Below the pieces are notes generated by a model. The model did not search any database, had not been told where the DNA came from, and saw only the letters and a program-made list of their open reading frames with translations. Below, one piece after another: positions 38,048-47,803 of a stretch of DNA of 64,000 nt. Numbering within the stretch: the stretch's first letter is position 1; every line of letters starts with the position of its first letter. Origin of the DNA: a virus. The position numbers and the translations under genes were made by a program. The stretch covers positions 1-64,000 of IMG/VR virus record IMGVR_UViG_3300005264_000830, one strand, 5' to 3'.

Positions 38048-38467
38048 ATGCAAGAAAAAGGGTTTTGGAATATATTATGTACCGAATTTAATTATAGGTT
38101 ATATGCTGGTGTGCCGGTGCTAGGACATGGGAATTTATACGACACTATGGATTCAGAAATCATGCATTTTGTTCCAGCTATAAATGAATCCATAGCATTA
38201 GGAATAGTTACTGGAGGATTTTTATCTGGTTATAAAGGTTGTGTACTAATGGATGCTAATAATTTTGATTTGATATTACATCAATTCAAACAATTTAATA
38301 TTATGTTTAATATACCTGTACTATTTATTGTAACTGGAGGTTATAATCCATTAAATTTACATAAATTCGAATTTAATAATGATTTAACTATTTTAAATAA
38401 AATAGATTTTTATATGAAAAAATATAATAAATCGTCCATTTTAGTGTATAATGAGATTGTATTATGA
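38048..38467 (+). CDS. TPP-dependent decarboxylase alpha/PYR-domain-like protein (sulfopyruvate/phosphonopyruvate decarboxylase family)
   Basis: YAGVP, NESIALGIVTGGFLSG and IPVLFIV match the ComD/Ppd N-terminal pattern. Confidence 0.65.
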   Translation: MQEKGFWNILCTEFNYRLYAGVPVLGHGNLYDTMDSEIMHFVPAINESIALGIVTGGFLSGYKGCVLMDANNFDLILHQFKQFNIMFNIPVLFIVTGGYNPLNLHKFEFNNDLTILNKIDFYMKKYNKSSILVYNEIVL

Positions 38468-39090
38468 AAACAACTTTAAAGAAAGTATTAATGTATTATG
38501 ATTCAATATTAACAGACAATGATATTGTATTTTATATAGGAAAAAATATTTATAATGAAGCGTCTAGCAATAAGTTAGTAGGTAGATATTATGTAGATAA
38601 TGAATCGATAGATTATTTTTCAATAGTGTTGGGGTTGGCTATGACAACTACTAAAAGAGTAATTATTATATTTGAAGATTCTTATTTATTAAGATATTTT
38701 AATACACTTTTACAAGCTGGGGTCAGTAAACTTACAAATTTATTTTTTGTTGTACTTATTACAAATAAATATGTACACTCAATAAAACAATCTACTATAT
38801 TTAGCTTTTTAAAGTCGAGTAAAGGAGTTTTATTTGAGGCTGGATTTTTAATTCATACTTATACAAAATTTTTTAATAATAAAAGTTCTTTGAAACAACT
38901 TAAAGACACTTATAATAGAATTAAAGGACCAGCAATAGGAATAATTTATATAGAGAACAATAAATTAAGTAAAATATCAAACGATCATGAATTTAAGTTT
39001 GATGAATTTATAAAATTTATTAGAACGGATAATGAAATTATTAATAAAATTAATACTGATGTAGTATTAGTATTAAAGGGAGAAAAATAA
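38464..39090 (+). CDS. Degenerate TPP-dependent decarboxylase beta/PP-domain-like protein
   Basis: SIVLGLAM..KRVIIIFEDSYLL..NLFFVVLITN..KGPAIGII. The GDG motif is replaced by FED. Confidence 0.55.
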   Translation: MKTTLKKVLMYYDSILTDNDIVFYIGKNIYNEASSNKLVGRYYVDNESIDYFSIVLGLAMTTTKRVIIIFEDSYLLRYFNTLLQAGVSKLTNLFFVVLITNKYVHSIKQSTIFSFLKSSKGVLFEAGFLIHTYTKFFNNKSSLKQLKDTYNRIKGPAIGIIYIENNKLSKISNDHEFKFDEFIKFIRTDNEIINKINTDVVLVLKGEK

Positions 39091-39102
39091 TTATTATAAT
39101 CA

Positions 39103-39618
39103 ATGGCACATATATTTGTAAAAAATAGTTTAAATACTTCCAAAGCTGCTAAAGTAGATATAAATTTTCCAATATTTGTCACTACTGATTCGGATGGTGA
39201 TCCTATATGGGTATTGGAAACTGCCACTACTTATCCTTCCGCAAGTGGGTCAGAGATACTACCTACATATATAAATAAAGCTACAGAGTTTGAAAATTTA
39301 GATGAGGCTGTAGCAGAAGCAGTTTCAGAAATTGCAAAACAGATAGATTGGTTACCTTTAGTAGACGACACTGCTCCTCCATATGTAACAGAAGTACGAC
39401 CTACAGTGAGTGGTGTATCAATAGCTTCAAATATTTATATAGATATACAAGAAGATGCCCCATCAGCTGGCATAGATTTATCAGAAATGAAAGTGATACT
39501 TAATAATGGGACTATTGATATAGATATAACAGATGATTGTATTACTACTGGAAATCCTTTTATGTATAATATACATTGGGAACCATCGGAGCGATTAACT
39601 AGACACTATGAGGAGTAA
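39103..39618 (+). CDS. Virion protein with Ig-like C-terminal domain
   Basis: DTAPPYV..P...V.IAS.IYIDI.ED...GID pattern, also seen in ORF 42122. Confidence 0.6.
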   Translation: MAHIFVKNSLNTSKAAKVDINFPIFVTTDSDGDPIWVLETATTYPSASGSEILPTYINKATEFENLDEAVAEAVSEIAKQIDWLPLVDDTAPPYVTEVRPTVSGVSIASNIYIDIQEDAPSAGIDLSEMKVILNNGTIDIDITDDCITTGNPFMYNIHWEPSERLTRHYEE

Positions 39619-39623
39619 TTTTT

Positions 39624-40874
39624 ATGGCAGATAAAGACAATTTAAATTTTAGAAAACCACACATGACTTTTGTAGAAGGATATTTTTATATGTTTGACGA
39701 TGATTCAGACATGCTTCTTCAAAAAACGGACGATGGTGTAACATCTTTTTCGTACCCGTTTGACACATTAATGACTGGAGTAGCTTCAAGTATTGAACAT
39801 GACGGTATAAATTTTTGGAGTATGGAAACGGGCGGGACAGCTAATACTAAATTAATTAAACGATGGAGAATTGAGAATTATACATGTAAGTTAAAGGATG
39901 AAATTACCTTAAGTAACCCTGTTCATTATTTTAATGCAAATACATTTACTGTAGAACATTACCATTGTACCATTAGTGGCGGATATTCTGCAGGAGATAC
40001 AATTATAACTACTAATAATGTAGGGATTCTTCCTGGTGAATTGTTGGCCGGTATGGCTGTTACTATTGGTCCAAATTCTTCAGGTGAATTAGAAACAATT
40101 AATGTACAGCATGTAAGCGGAGAAATTATTACAATAGCAGATCCATTAGTTAATAATTATTCTAACGACGATCCATTATTATTTTATAATTATTTATGGG
40201 TATTTAACAATTCACATGGAACTGACTCCTCTACAGGGTGTTTATATAAACTTAATGCTTATTCTGGATCGATAATAGCACAGTACCCTGGCGGGGTATA
40301 CAAAGGAATTATGGCATCAACTTTTGCTGAAATCACACATTTTACATCATTAGGGGTAGTAGATTCGTTGATGTATGTAAAAGCAAGTAACTTACTTTTT
40401 GTGGACATAAACTCTGCATCTTTAGACTACCATGGGTCAATGGCTATGGATACAATAGATGATAATGAAATAGATATTCTAGAAGTGTATGATTTGGCAG
40501 TATATAATAAAAATCTGTATAGATTACAAAGGTCTATGACATATTTTGGAAATACTTATTCTTTTAGTCAGTATAATTATCAAGCTGCAACATTTAATTC
40601 GATGGTGGCATCTATTAGTATGGTCACATCTCCTAATGTTATTGCTGCAAATGAAGTGAGTATATCAGAAATAACTGCTAGAGTAAGAGATCAATTTGCA
40701 TTACCAGTAGTTGGAAGGTTAGTGTACTTTGAGGTAGAGGCTGGATCTGGAGGATCTATTGTTACCGGGCAAACCATTGTTAATACAGATTCTGATGGGA
40801 AAGCGTTATCATCATATAGGGCAGGGGATACAGCAGAACTGGTAGTTATTAAAGCAAGAGTTGACCAAGTGTAA
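39624..40874 (+). CDS. Virion protein, paralog 1 (C-terminal invasin/Big_1-like Ig)
   Basis: ITARVRDQF..PV.GRLVYF..TDSDGKA; similar to ORFs 40893 and 42122. Confidence 0.7.
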   Translation: MADKDNLNFRKPHMTFVEGYFYMFDDDSDMLLQKTDDGVTSFSYPFDTLMTGVASSIEHDGINFWSMETGGTANTKLIKRWRIENYTCKLKDEITLSNPVHYFNANTFTVEHYHCTISGGYSAGDTIITTNNVGILPGELLAGMAVTIGPNSSGELETINVQHVSGEIITIADPLVNNYSNDDPLLFYNYLWVFNNSHGTDSSTGCLYKLNAYSGSIIAQYPGGVYKGIMASTFAEITHFTSLGVVDSLMYVKASNLLFVDINSASLDYHGSMAMDTIDDNEIDILEVYDLAVYNKNLYRLQRSMTYFGNTYSFSQYNYQAATFNSMVASISMVTSPNVIAANEVSISEITARVRDQFALPVVGRLVYFEVEAGSGGSIVTGQTIVNTDSDGKALSSYRAGDTAELVVIKARVDQV

Positions 40875-40892
40875 TAGGAGGAAGGGTTTTGT

Positions 40893-42110
40893 ATGGGCAA
40901 AGAAAATATTAAATTTTCAAGAAAAAATATAGCTATACAGGATGGTTACTATTATTATTTTGATGAACGAAACGATACACTATATAAAAAAGTAAGTAAT
41001 GGTAAAACAGCTTTTACCTACCCACTAGAACCACCGTTAGGGACTAAACAAGTTGAATCCCTTAATTATGATGGATACTATTTTTGGACTCTTCAAGAGG
41101 GAACTACTTCAGAAGATGTTGTTGTAAAAAAATGGAAAATAGAAAATTTTATTTGTATTTTGGCAGACACTTTTGACTTCATTCATGATTCTAGCAATAA
41201 ATATGATTGCCCATCATTCTCGTTAGAATATTATAATACTACATTATCCTACGAGCTACCTTCTCATTCAACAGAATTAACAGTAAGTACTTTTGGGGAT
41301 AAGATTGAATCAGGGACTGTTCTAACTTTAGGCCCGAACGCTGCAAATCAATACGAAGATGTTACTGTCACAGGAACTTTAGGTGTAAATGGCCGTTTTG
41401 GTTTGGATTTTTATACATCTCATTCTTATAATAGTGGCACACCTATTTATTTCTCTAAAAATTTATGGCTTGTTAATCACTTTATTTATACATCTACTGG
41501 AGGTGCTTTATATAAAATTAATTTACCAAATAAACACCAGGAATATGTATTAGAAGATTCTGATTTAGAATTAGCTGAAGCAAGTTGTTTTTATAATACT
41601 GTCGATAATCAGTATATACTTTTTCCAGTAGGAAATGTATTACGATTTTTTAATATTAACACTTTAGTTGTAGAAAAGTCAATGTTAATGGATAACATAA
41701 GAACTAATCAGTCGACTATTATTCCTATATATGCTTTAAAGGTAGTAGATGGATCTTTATATAGGCTACAAGAGGAAGCTACTTATTTTAGTCAGAATAA
41801 TAGTTTTTCATCGTACAATTATCAATTATCGCCTTTACGTCCTTTTGTGGACTCTGTGACCATAGATGTCGCGCCAAAAATTCTACCTTCAAATGGAATG
41901 AATATAGCGGACGTGGTGGCTGTAGCAAGAGATCAATTTGATGACCCAATACAAATTAAACCTATGTTATTTTGGGATACAGATAGTACGGGCTTTATGA
42001 CTATAATAAATACTTATACTAATTTATATGGGGTGGCCAGGTCATATTATAATGCAGGGGTTATACCTAGTACAGTAACTATAGCTGCTAAGGTTACTCA
42101 ATATGATTAA
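40893..42110 (+). CDS. Virion protein, paralog 2
   Basis: Colinear similarity to ORF 39624 (GYYYYFDE..L.KK..G.T.F.YP; DG.YFW; YRLQ; RDQF). Confidence 0.7.
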   Translation: MGKENIKFSRKNIAIQDGYYYYFDERNDTLYKKVSNGKTAFTYPLEPPLGTKQVESLNYDGYYFWTLQEGTTSEDVVVKKWKIENFICILADTFDFIHDSSNKYDCPSFSLEYYNTTLSYELPSHSTELTVSTFGDKIESGTVLTLGPNAANQYEDVTVTGTLGVNGRFGLDFYTSHSYNSGTPIYFSKNLWLVNHFIYTSTGGALYKINLPNKHQEYVLEDSDLELAEASCFYNTVDNQYILFPVGNVLRFFNINTLVVEKSMLMDNIRTNQSTIIPIYALKVVDGSLYRLQEEATYFSQNNSFSSYNYQLSPLRPFVDSVTIDVAPKILPSNGMNIADVVAVARDQFDDPIQIKPMLFWDTDSTGFMTIINTYTNLYGVARSYYNAGVIPSTVTIAAKVTQYD

Positions 42111-42121
42111 AGGAGTTATTT

Positions 42122-44926
42122 ATGACACTTGAAAATATTAGAGCTACTAGGTCCAATTTTTGTATAGGTCCTCAGTCAGGTACTTTTTGTACTGTGGATG
42201 ATGAGGTATCTCCGGTGGTTATGCATGTTAAAAACGACACTGGGGTAATAATAAGAACTTACACTTTTTTTCCACACGACATACTACATACAGGCCCTGC
42301 ACCAGCTGTAACTAATTACCAAACACTACCTGATCCTACATCTTATTCTTTTCATAAATTTGTGACAATTCAATATGTAGGACCTTATAATCAAACATCT
42401 TACTTTGATGGTGCCGTGTTTTATACACTAGAAAAAAGGGCTTTAGGTAGTCGTAGATACTATACTTATACAAATGAGAATGACCCAGAAGAGTGGAGAA
42501 ATAGAATAGAATATAATAGCAATATTATTAGAAGATGGATACTCGACGCAGCCAATTTTAGATTAGAATTAGATCAAACATTTGTTAAGAATAGTTCTAT
42601 TGATAACTGGTTTGATGCTAATGCTTTTGTAGTACAACATACACTTACTACATTTGATGATCATACTACAACAGGTACTGAGAGTATTGAAATTACTACA
42701 ACATCTGGACTTAAGAAATATGATACATTATTTTTAGGCCCGTCTTCTGATACCAGTAACCAAGGGGAAGTTGAAGAGGTATATGTACATTCTATTACTG
42801 GAACTACAGTAGAAATTAGAACTTATGGTGGTACACTACCTACTAAATGGGAATATATGGCCGGCGATCCGATAACTATGTATCAAGATTTATTTTTATT
42901 TAGTAATCCACGTCCAGCAATTAATGAGCAGGAAATTGCTTATGGGATTAGTACTTTATCAGGTACACTATATAAGATGGATCAGACTAACTATGCATCT
43001 ATAACAGATATAGATTATTCAGGAATGTATAGTGATATAGTTGCTGCCACTTGGAATAATTATTTTTCTACATTAAGTTTTGTAAAAGGAACTAATTTAG
43101 TACATTTAGATATATCTGATTATGAAATAAGTCGTTCGCAAAATATAAACCTAGAGAATCCGAATAGTCAAACTATAATTCCTATATATGACATCGATAT
43201 AAAAGATGCGTCTGTTTATAAATTACAAGAAAGTATATTACAGCATGACGATGATGGGGTTTATTTTGAAGTGACCTGGGACTCATATAATTATCATGTT
43301 GATACATTTATTCCTTATTCAAGCGTCATTACTTTAAGTGTTTCTGAAAGAGTACTAGTTAGGGAAGGTCAATCATTTATAACTGTGGGGGTAAAAGACC
43401 AGTTTGGTGTCGGGTTATTGGCAAAAGATGTATGGTTTACAGCAGAGGGGGATATATACGGGGAATTAACACCGTCTGATGGATATATGGTAACAGATGC
43501 AGACGGCAACGCTACTGTTCAATATGATGCAGGAAATTTTTACACTGGATTTGAGGATATTAAAGTAAGGGTTGGTGGGGGAAATAATGCTCATGGTAGT
43601 GCATTTTTAACAGCTATTACTATTTTAACACAGTATCATGAGCATCTTCAAGAAGCTAAAGTATTTTTAAAAACGTTAGATAAATTTTCTACTTCATTAA
43701 TAACTAATGATGCTATTAATGCTACAGGGTCTGTTTGTGGTAAAGTAGCATATGTTTTTCCAAACAATGATTTGACTGATAATTCTATGGCCGGCTGGCC
43801 CAATAGGACAAGGTCTTCTTCTCCATTGATACGTCAAGTACTTCAGCCTAATTTAAGTGCCTATGTCTCTGGATCAGATGAGTATGATACTCTAGTATCT
43901 GTAAAGGTATTACAGACCGATTTAATGTTAAATAGAGCTGTCAATAATAGTAATCAAGAGTCAGCATCTATTTACAGTAAAAGTGTTATTCAAAATGAGC
44001 AACAAATAAGCTCTAATTATATAAGTAGGCATCTTTTATTCGGCCATATTGACAACGTAACATTAGATCAGTATATTTTTGTTCAAGATGCAAGGCCAGT
44101 TATGTGGTCATTAAAAAATAATATAAATACGGATTATTGGATCAGACTACGTCCATTTGCAGCATCATTAAATCCAGCTACGTTAATAGTTAAATTAAAA
44201 GAAGAGTCTTATGCGGGAGTACCTGAGTGGGAAGATGTTACTTCATTAGGCACTATTACCATGTTTGATGCTGGTGGTGGCATTTTGGGTATAGACTTTC
44301 TGTATGTCCCAGGTAATATTTTTCATCACAATTCGATTGTATACGTAGATATAGAAGTATATGATTCAGCAACAATACCTAATAAAATAGTATTAACTTA
44401 TTGGTTCAAGATAATTCAAGATTATAAAGCCCCTTATTTGGCGAATCAGATACCTATGGTGGAAGCATGCCATGTACCTATAAATTCTTCGATTACTTTT
44501 GATTTGATAGATGAAGGTGAGGGTGTTGATATAGCTACATTAGAAATATTTGTTAATCAAAGGGCTACTGACTTCTCATATGATGAGTATGAGCCTGGAA
44601 ATTATCATGTAATTTGTAATTTAAATCATCAGTTTCATTTTGGAGAAGAAGTATCAGTTGATGTAATAGTGTCTGATCGATCAGATAGTGACAATAAGTT
44701 ATTAGATGGTTGGGTATTTTATTGTAATGATAGTACTGGACCTTGGATTAATTTAGATAATACAGAGCCAGATTTATGTATAGAGGGAGCAAAAAGAACC
44801 CAACCAGTTTCAGCGCAGGTTTATGGAATTAATGATACGGGAATTGAGTATGACAGTATTAGGTTGGAAGCAGGCGGTAAGTATAGAAATTTAAAAATAA
44901 TTCCAATAGTCTACAGATTAAGTTAA
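42122..44926 (+). CDS. Virion protein, paralog 3, with additional Ig-like domains (934 aa)
   Basis: LFLGP..EEVYV, YKLQ, VKDQFG, TDADGNA; C-terminal DYKAPY..GVD Ig-like repeats. Confidence 0.7.
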   Translation: MTLENIRATRSNFCIGPQSGTFCTVDDEVSPVVMHVKNDTGVIIRTYTFFPHDILHTGPAPAVTNYQTLPDPTSYSFHKFVTIQYVGPYNQTSYFDGAVFYTLEKRALGSRRYYTYTNENDPEEWRNRIEYNSNIIRRWILDAANFRLELDQTFVKNSSIDNWFDANAFVVQHTLTTFDDHTTTGTESIEITTTSGLKKYDTLFLGPSSDTSNQGEVEEVYVHSITGTTVEIRTYGGTLPTKWEYMAGDPITMYQDLFLFSNPRPAINEQEIAYGISTLSGTLYKMDQTNYASITDIDYSGMYSDIVAATWNNYFSTLSFVKGTNLVHLDISDYEISRSQNINLENPNSQTIIPIYDIDIKDASVYKLQESILQHDDDGVYFEVTWDSYNYHVDTFIPYSSVITLSVSERVLVREGQSFITVGVKDQFGVGLLAKDVWFTAEGDIYGELTPSDGYMVTDADGNATVQYDAGNFYTGFEDIKVRVGGGNNAHGSAFLTAITILTQYHEHLQEAKVFLKTLDKFSTSLITNDAINATGSVCGKVAYVFPNNDLTDNSMAGWPNRTRSSSPLIRQVLQPNLSAYVSGSDEYDTLVSVKVLQTDLMLNRAVNNSNQESASIYSKSVIQNEQQISSNYISRHLLFGHIDNVTLDQYIFVQDARPVMWSLKNNINTDYWIRLRPFAASLNPATLIVKLKEESYAGVPEWEDVTSLGTITMFDAGGGILGIDFLYVPGNIFHHNSIVYVDIEVYDSATIPNKIVLTYWFKIIQDYKAPYLANQIPMVEACHVPINSSITFDLIDEGEGVDIATLEIFVNQRATDFSYDEYEPGNYHVICNLNHQFHFGEEVSVDVIVSDRSDSDNKLLDGWVFYCNDSTGPWINLDNTEPDLCIEGAKRTQPVSAQVYGINDTGIEYDSIRLEAGGKYRNLKIIPIVYRLS

Positions 44927-44967
44927 TAAAGTAACCTAATTATAAGTAGGAGTTAAGGAGAAAAAAC

Positions 44968-45651
44968 ATGTCAGAACCAAATTTAACATTTTTATATAAT
45001 TATTCAGAAGTGGATAGCCCTTATTCTGGCAGTGGAGGGCCTTCTGGAACTTGGAAAGAAATATATTTAGCAACAGGGTCTGGGATTAGTCCAGATAAAA
45101 AAATATATACTGGTGGAGGTATTCATCAATCATTACCTGTACCTATAGCTACATATGGTAGTAGAGAAGCTACTATTAGGCCCGTTACGGGGCAATATCC
45201 AGTACCACAGATTTATATAGAATCAGAATTAAATAATGTAATGTATCATGTCCCACTTGCTAGTGGACAGCCTAATACCAATAGATATGTATTTGGGGTG
45301 TATATTGATGGATTAATAACGAGCGACCTATATTTAGAAATGTGGGACGATTTAACTTTTTCTTCACACTCATTACCTACTTTATCTGGGTCAGAAGAGT
45401 ATCCTTACTCTGTATTTAATGCTATTAGAACTACTAATACAGCACCCTTAACTGGGTGGAATGGTTCAACTGCGTCTGGTATTGCTAATGGAGGGGTTTG
45501 TTTAGCGGGCTATACAAACAGGTTAAGATTAAAGGGTGTAGATAATATACAAAATGAAGCTGTATATTACAGCATGTACGCAACTATTCCATGGGATTTA
45601 GTATTTACCCATGACCAACCGGTAGAAACATATAGGTATTTATATATATAG
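44968..45651 (+). CDS. Hypothetical virion protein
   Basis: AAGGAG SD; YLEMWDD motif similar to RLTAWDD in ORF 46129. Confidence 0.7.
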   Translation: MSEPNLTFLYNYSEVDSPYSGSGGPSGTWKEIYLATGSGISPDKKIYTGGGIHQSLPVPIATYGSREATIRPVTGQYPVPQIYIESELNNVMYHVPLASGQPNTNRYVFGVYIDGLITSDLYLEMWDDLTFSSHSLPTLSGSEEYPYSVFNAIRTTNTAPLTGWNGSTASGIANGGVCLAGYTNRLRLKGVDNIQNEAVYYSMYATIPWDLVFTHDQPVETYRYLYI

Positions 45652-45662
45652 AAAGGATTAAT

Positions 45663-46115
45663 ATGGACAAAAGAATAAAACCAATAAGTAATTTAGACGC
45701 TGTAGATGGCACAATCTATGGTAAGTATAATAAAGTGCACATGGTAAATCCATATAAATCGTACTTTATTGTTCACTACAGTGATGGTACTTTACAGAAA
45801 GGGAACAACTTATTTGATACTGGTTGGTCTGGTGTTAGACAAGGAGTTAGCTTATTACAATATAAACTTTCAACTGGTCATCTAATTACAATACCCAAAT
45901 CTAAAGGATATTTACCAACTATTGAAGTAAGTGAGTCTATTGAGGGGTTTAAATTATTTCATGCTATACATGTAAATTGTATGGGTTTTGATAAGTTAAT
46001 TAAATATAAAATAATATTAAAAGAAGATAATATAAATAGATATAAAATAGGAGATATAATAATTTCAGAAACTGCTAAGAGGATAGAATCTTCACAATGG
46101 AAAATGGCAGCTTAA
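45663..46115 (+). CDS. Hypothetical protein
   Basis: AAGGA SD; 150 aa, basic. Confidence 0.7.
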   Translation: MDKRIKPISNLDAVDGTIYGKYNKVHMVNPYKSYFIVHYSDGTLQKGNNLFDTGWSGVRQGVSLLQYKLSTGHLITIPKSKGYLPTIEVSESIEGFKLFHAIHVNCMGFDKLIKYKIILKEDNINRYKIGDIIISETAKRIESSQWKMAA

Positions 46116-46128
46116 AAGGAGTGAATCG

Positions 46129-47793
46129 ATGGCGGTAACAATAACAAAAAAATTTTGGGAAGGTTCTGAGTATAAAAGTCTTGCAAAAATTGTCTTCACG
46201 AGTCCTAATTTTACAAGTCCAGCAGTAGCTGGAACAAGATCTCATATGCCCCCAGGTGGAATATACATGGGAACATGGTTTGAAGCCGTTGATTGGATGT
46301 ACAGACAAAAACAAAATCAAAACTACACAGAGCTTCCTACAGAAATGGAAAGTTTTTTTGGTAAATTAACTTTAAGTGGCACTTTTGATTTAGATAACGA
46401 CACCTCCGCTTTATTTACTCATGAATATGGAGAAGATTATGATGTAGTAGGGACAGGAATTTATCCTAATATACTATATAAGGATAAAGATAATTACGCC
46501 GTGATAGCTACATGTATTTCTGGAACAATTAGTGGTACATCTCCAATATATACTTCAGCTGTTACTTTTAGTAATGTAGAGGGTACTGGGGTTTTAAATG
46601 GATGGATTGGTTGTACTACTAGTGGTGTGTTAAACACGTTAATAAGCGGAAATGCTAACCCAGTTGGGACTACTACTGTAGTGGATGTTAGTGAGATTAT
46701 AACAACACAAGCTAATAATGAAAATAATACTATTCTCACAGGCACTATTGGAGGAGGTATTACTGGAATTTTAAGTAGTATTGGAACAGAAACTGTCAGT
46801 GGGACACTAACTAGTAACATTTCGGGTAGAGCCTTTAAGAATGTTCCCGGCAAGATAGATGAAATATATAGTAATATTTCTGATAGTGTTTCAGTTATAA
46901 TGACAGGGCATGATTATGGTACTGCAAGTGGGGTCATGCTCACTACTTTTTCTGGTTTTGTAGGGGAAGCTGGTGAAACTCTAGATGTATTTGTGAGTGA
47001 CGAAGTTACAGCGCAAACAGACGATTCTAGAAATGTGACTGTGACTGGTACTGTTGATGGGGTTGTGTCTTGTACTATAAATAGTTCCGGCGGCAACTTT
47101 GTTAATGGTACTCTTACAGGGGTAGTTTCTGGAGAGCTAATTGGAGATGACGATGGGGATCTTGTTAGAAGTACCGTTTCTGGCACCCCTTCAATTTATT
47201 TTTTTGGCACAAAAAATACTATAATAGTTGATACTGATGATACTTGTCAAGTATCAGGACCAGCTACAGGGGTCATACGTGGTACATTAGATAGTAGTTT
47301 TAGTGGTAACTATGTAGAACCGTCAGTGGTAATGAATCATCAATATTCAAATACAGTTGTGGATGCTAGTACATCTAGTCCGAGACCTAGACGGCATCAT
47401 GGTAGTAATTCTATTATTTTTACCGTAACTTTTGGAGAGGCTTATAATTGTAGACTAACTGCCTGGGATGACGACACACACTCTACTACTACAAATAAAG
47501 TAATAGATGAAGAACATTATAGGGTTGACGCTGTAGCTTATAGATCTAATATAATTGACACCGCCCATACACCTATTTTTAGGACAACTAATAATTTAAT
47601 ATATCCTCAAGTATATGATATAGCATTGAAGGGAAACGAAAGATATTATGGAGATTTTGATTTGGTATTTGCTATCGAGACTGATAATTATGGAGAATAT
47701 TTGGCTTTCATCCCACGATTAATTAATATGGATAGTTCTTTTGTAGCAGGAAGTTACGATTTTGTAACTACATTACATTACCAATATACTTAA
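46129..47793 (+). CDS. Thr/Ser/Gly-rich virion protein with internal duplication
   Basis: Two copies of a segment (VSEIITTQANNENNTILTGTIGG vs VSDEVTAQTDDSRNVTVTGTVDG); many xSG motifs. Confidence 0.7.
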   Translation: MAVTITKKFWEGSEYKSLAKIVFTSPNFTSPAVAGTRSHMPPGGIYMGTWFEAVDWMYRQKQNQNYTELPTEMESFFGKLTLSGTFDLDNDTSALFTHEYGEDYDVVGTGIYPNILYKDKDNYAVIATCISGTISGTSPIYTSAVTFSNVEGTGVLNGWIGCTTSGVLNTLISGNANPVGTTTVVDVSEIITTQANNENNTILTGTIGGGITGILSSIGTETVSGTLTSNISGRAFKNVPGKIDEIYSNISDSVSVIMTGHDYGTASGVMLTTFSGFVGEAGETLDVFVSDEVTAQTDDSRNVTVTGTVDGVVSCTINSSGGNFVNGTLTGVVSGELIGDDDGDLVRSTVSGTPSIYFFGTKNTIIVDTDDTCQVSGPATGVIRGTLDSSFSGNYVEPSVVMNHQYSNTVVDASTSSPRPRRHHGSNSIIFTVTFGEAYNCRLTAWDDDTHSTTTNKVIDEEHYRVDAVAYRSNIIDTAHTPIFRTTNNLIYPQVYDIALKGNERYYGDFDLVFAIETDNYGEYLAFIPRLINMDSSFVAGSYDFVTTLHYQYT

Positions 47794-47803
47794 GGGTTAG
47801 TAG

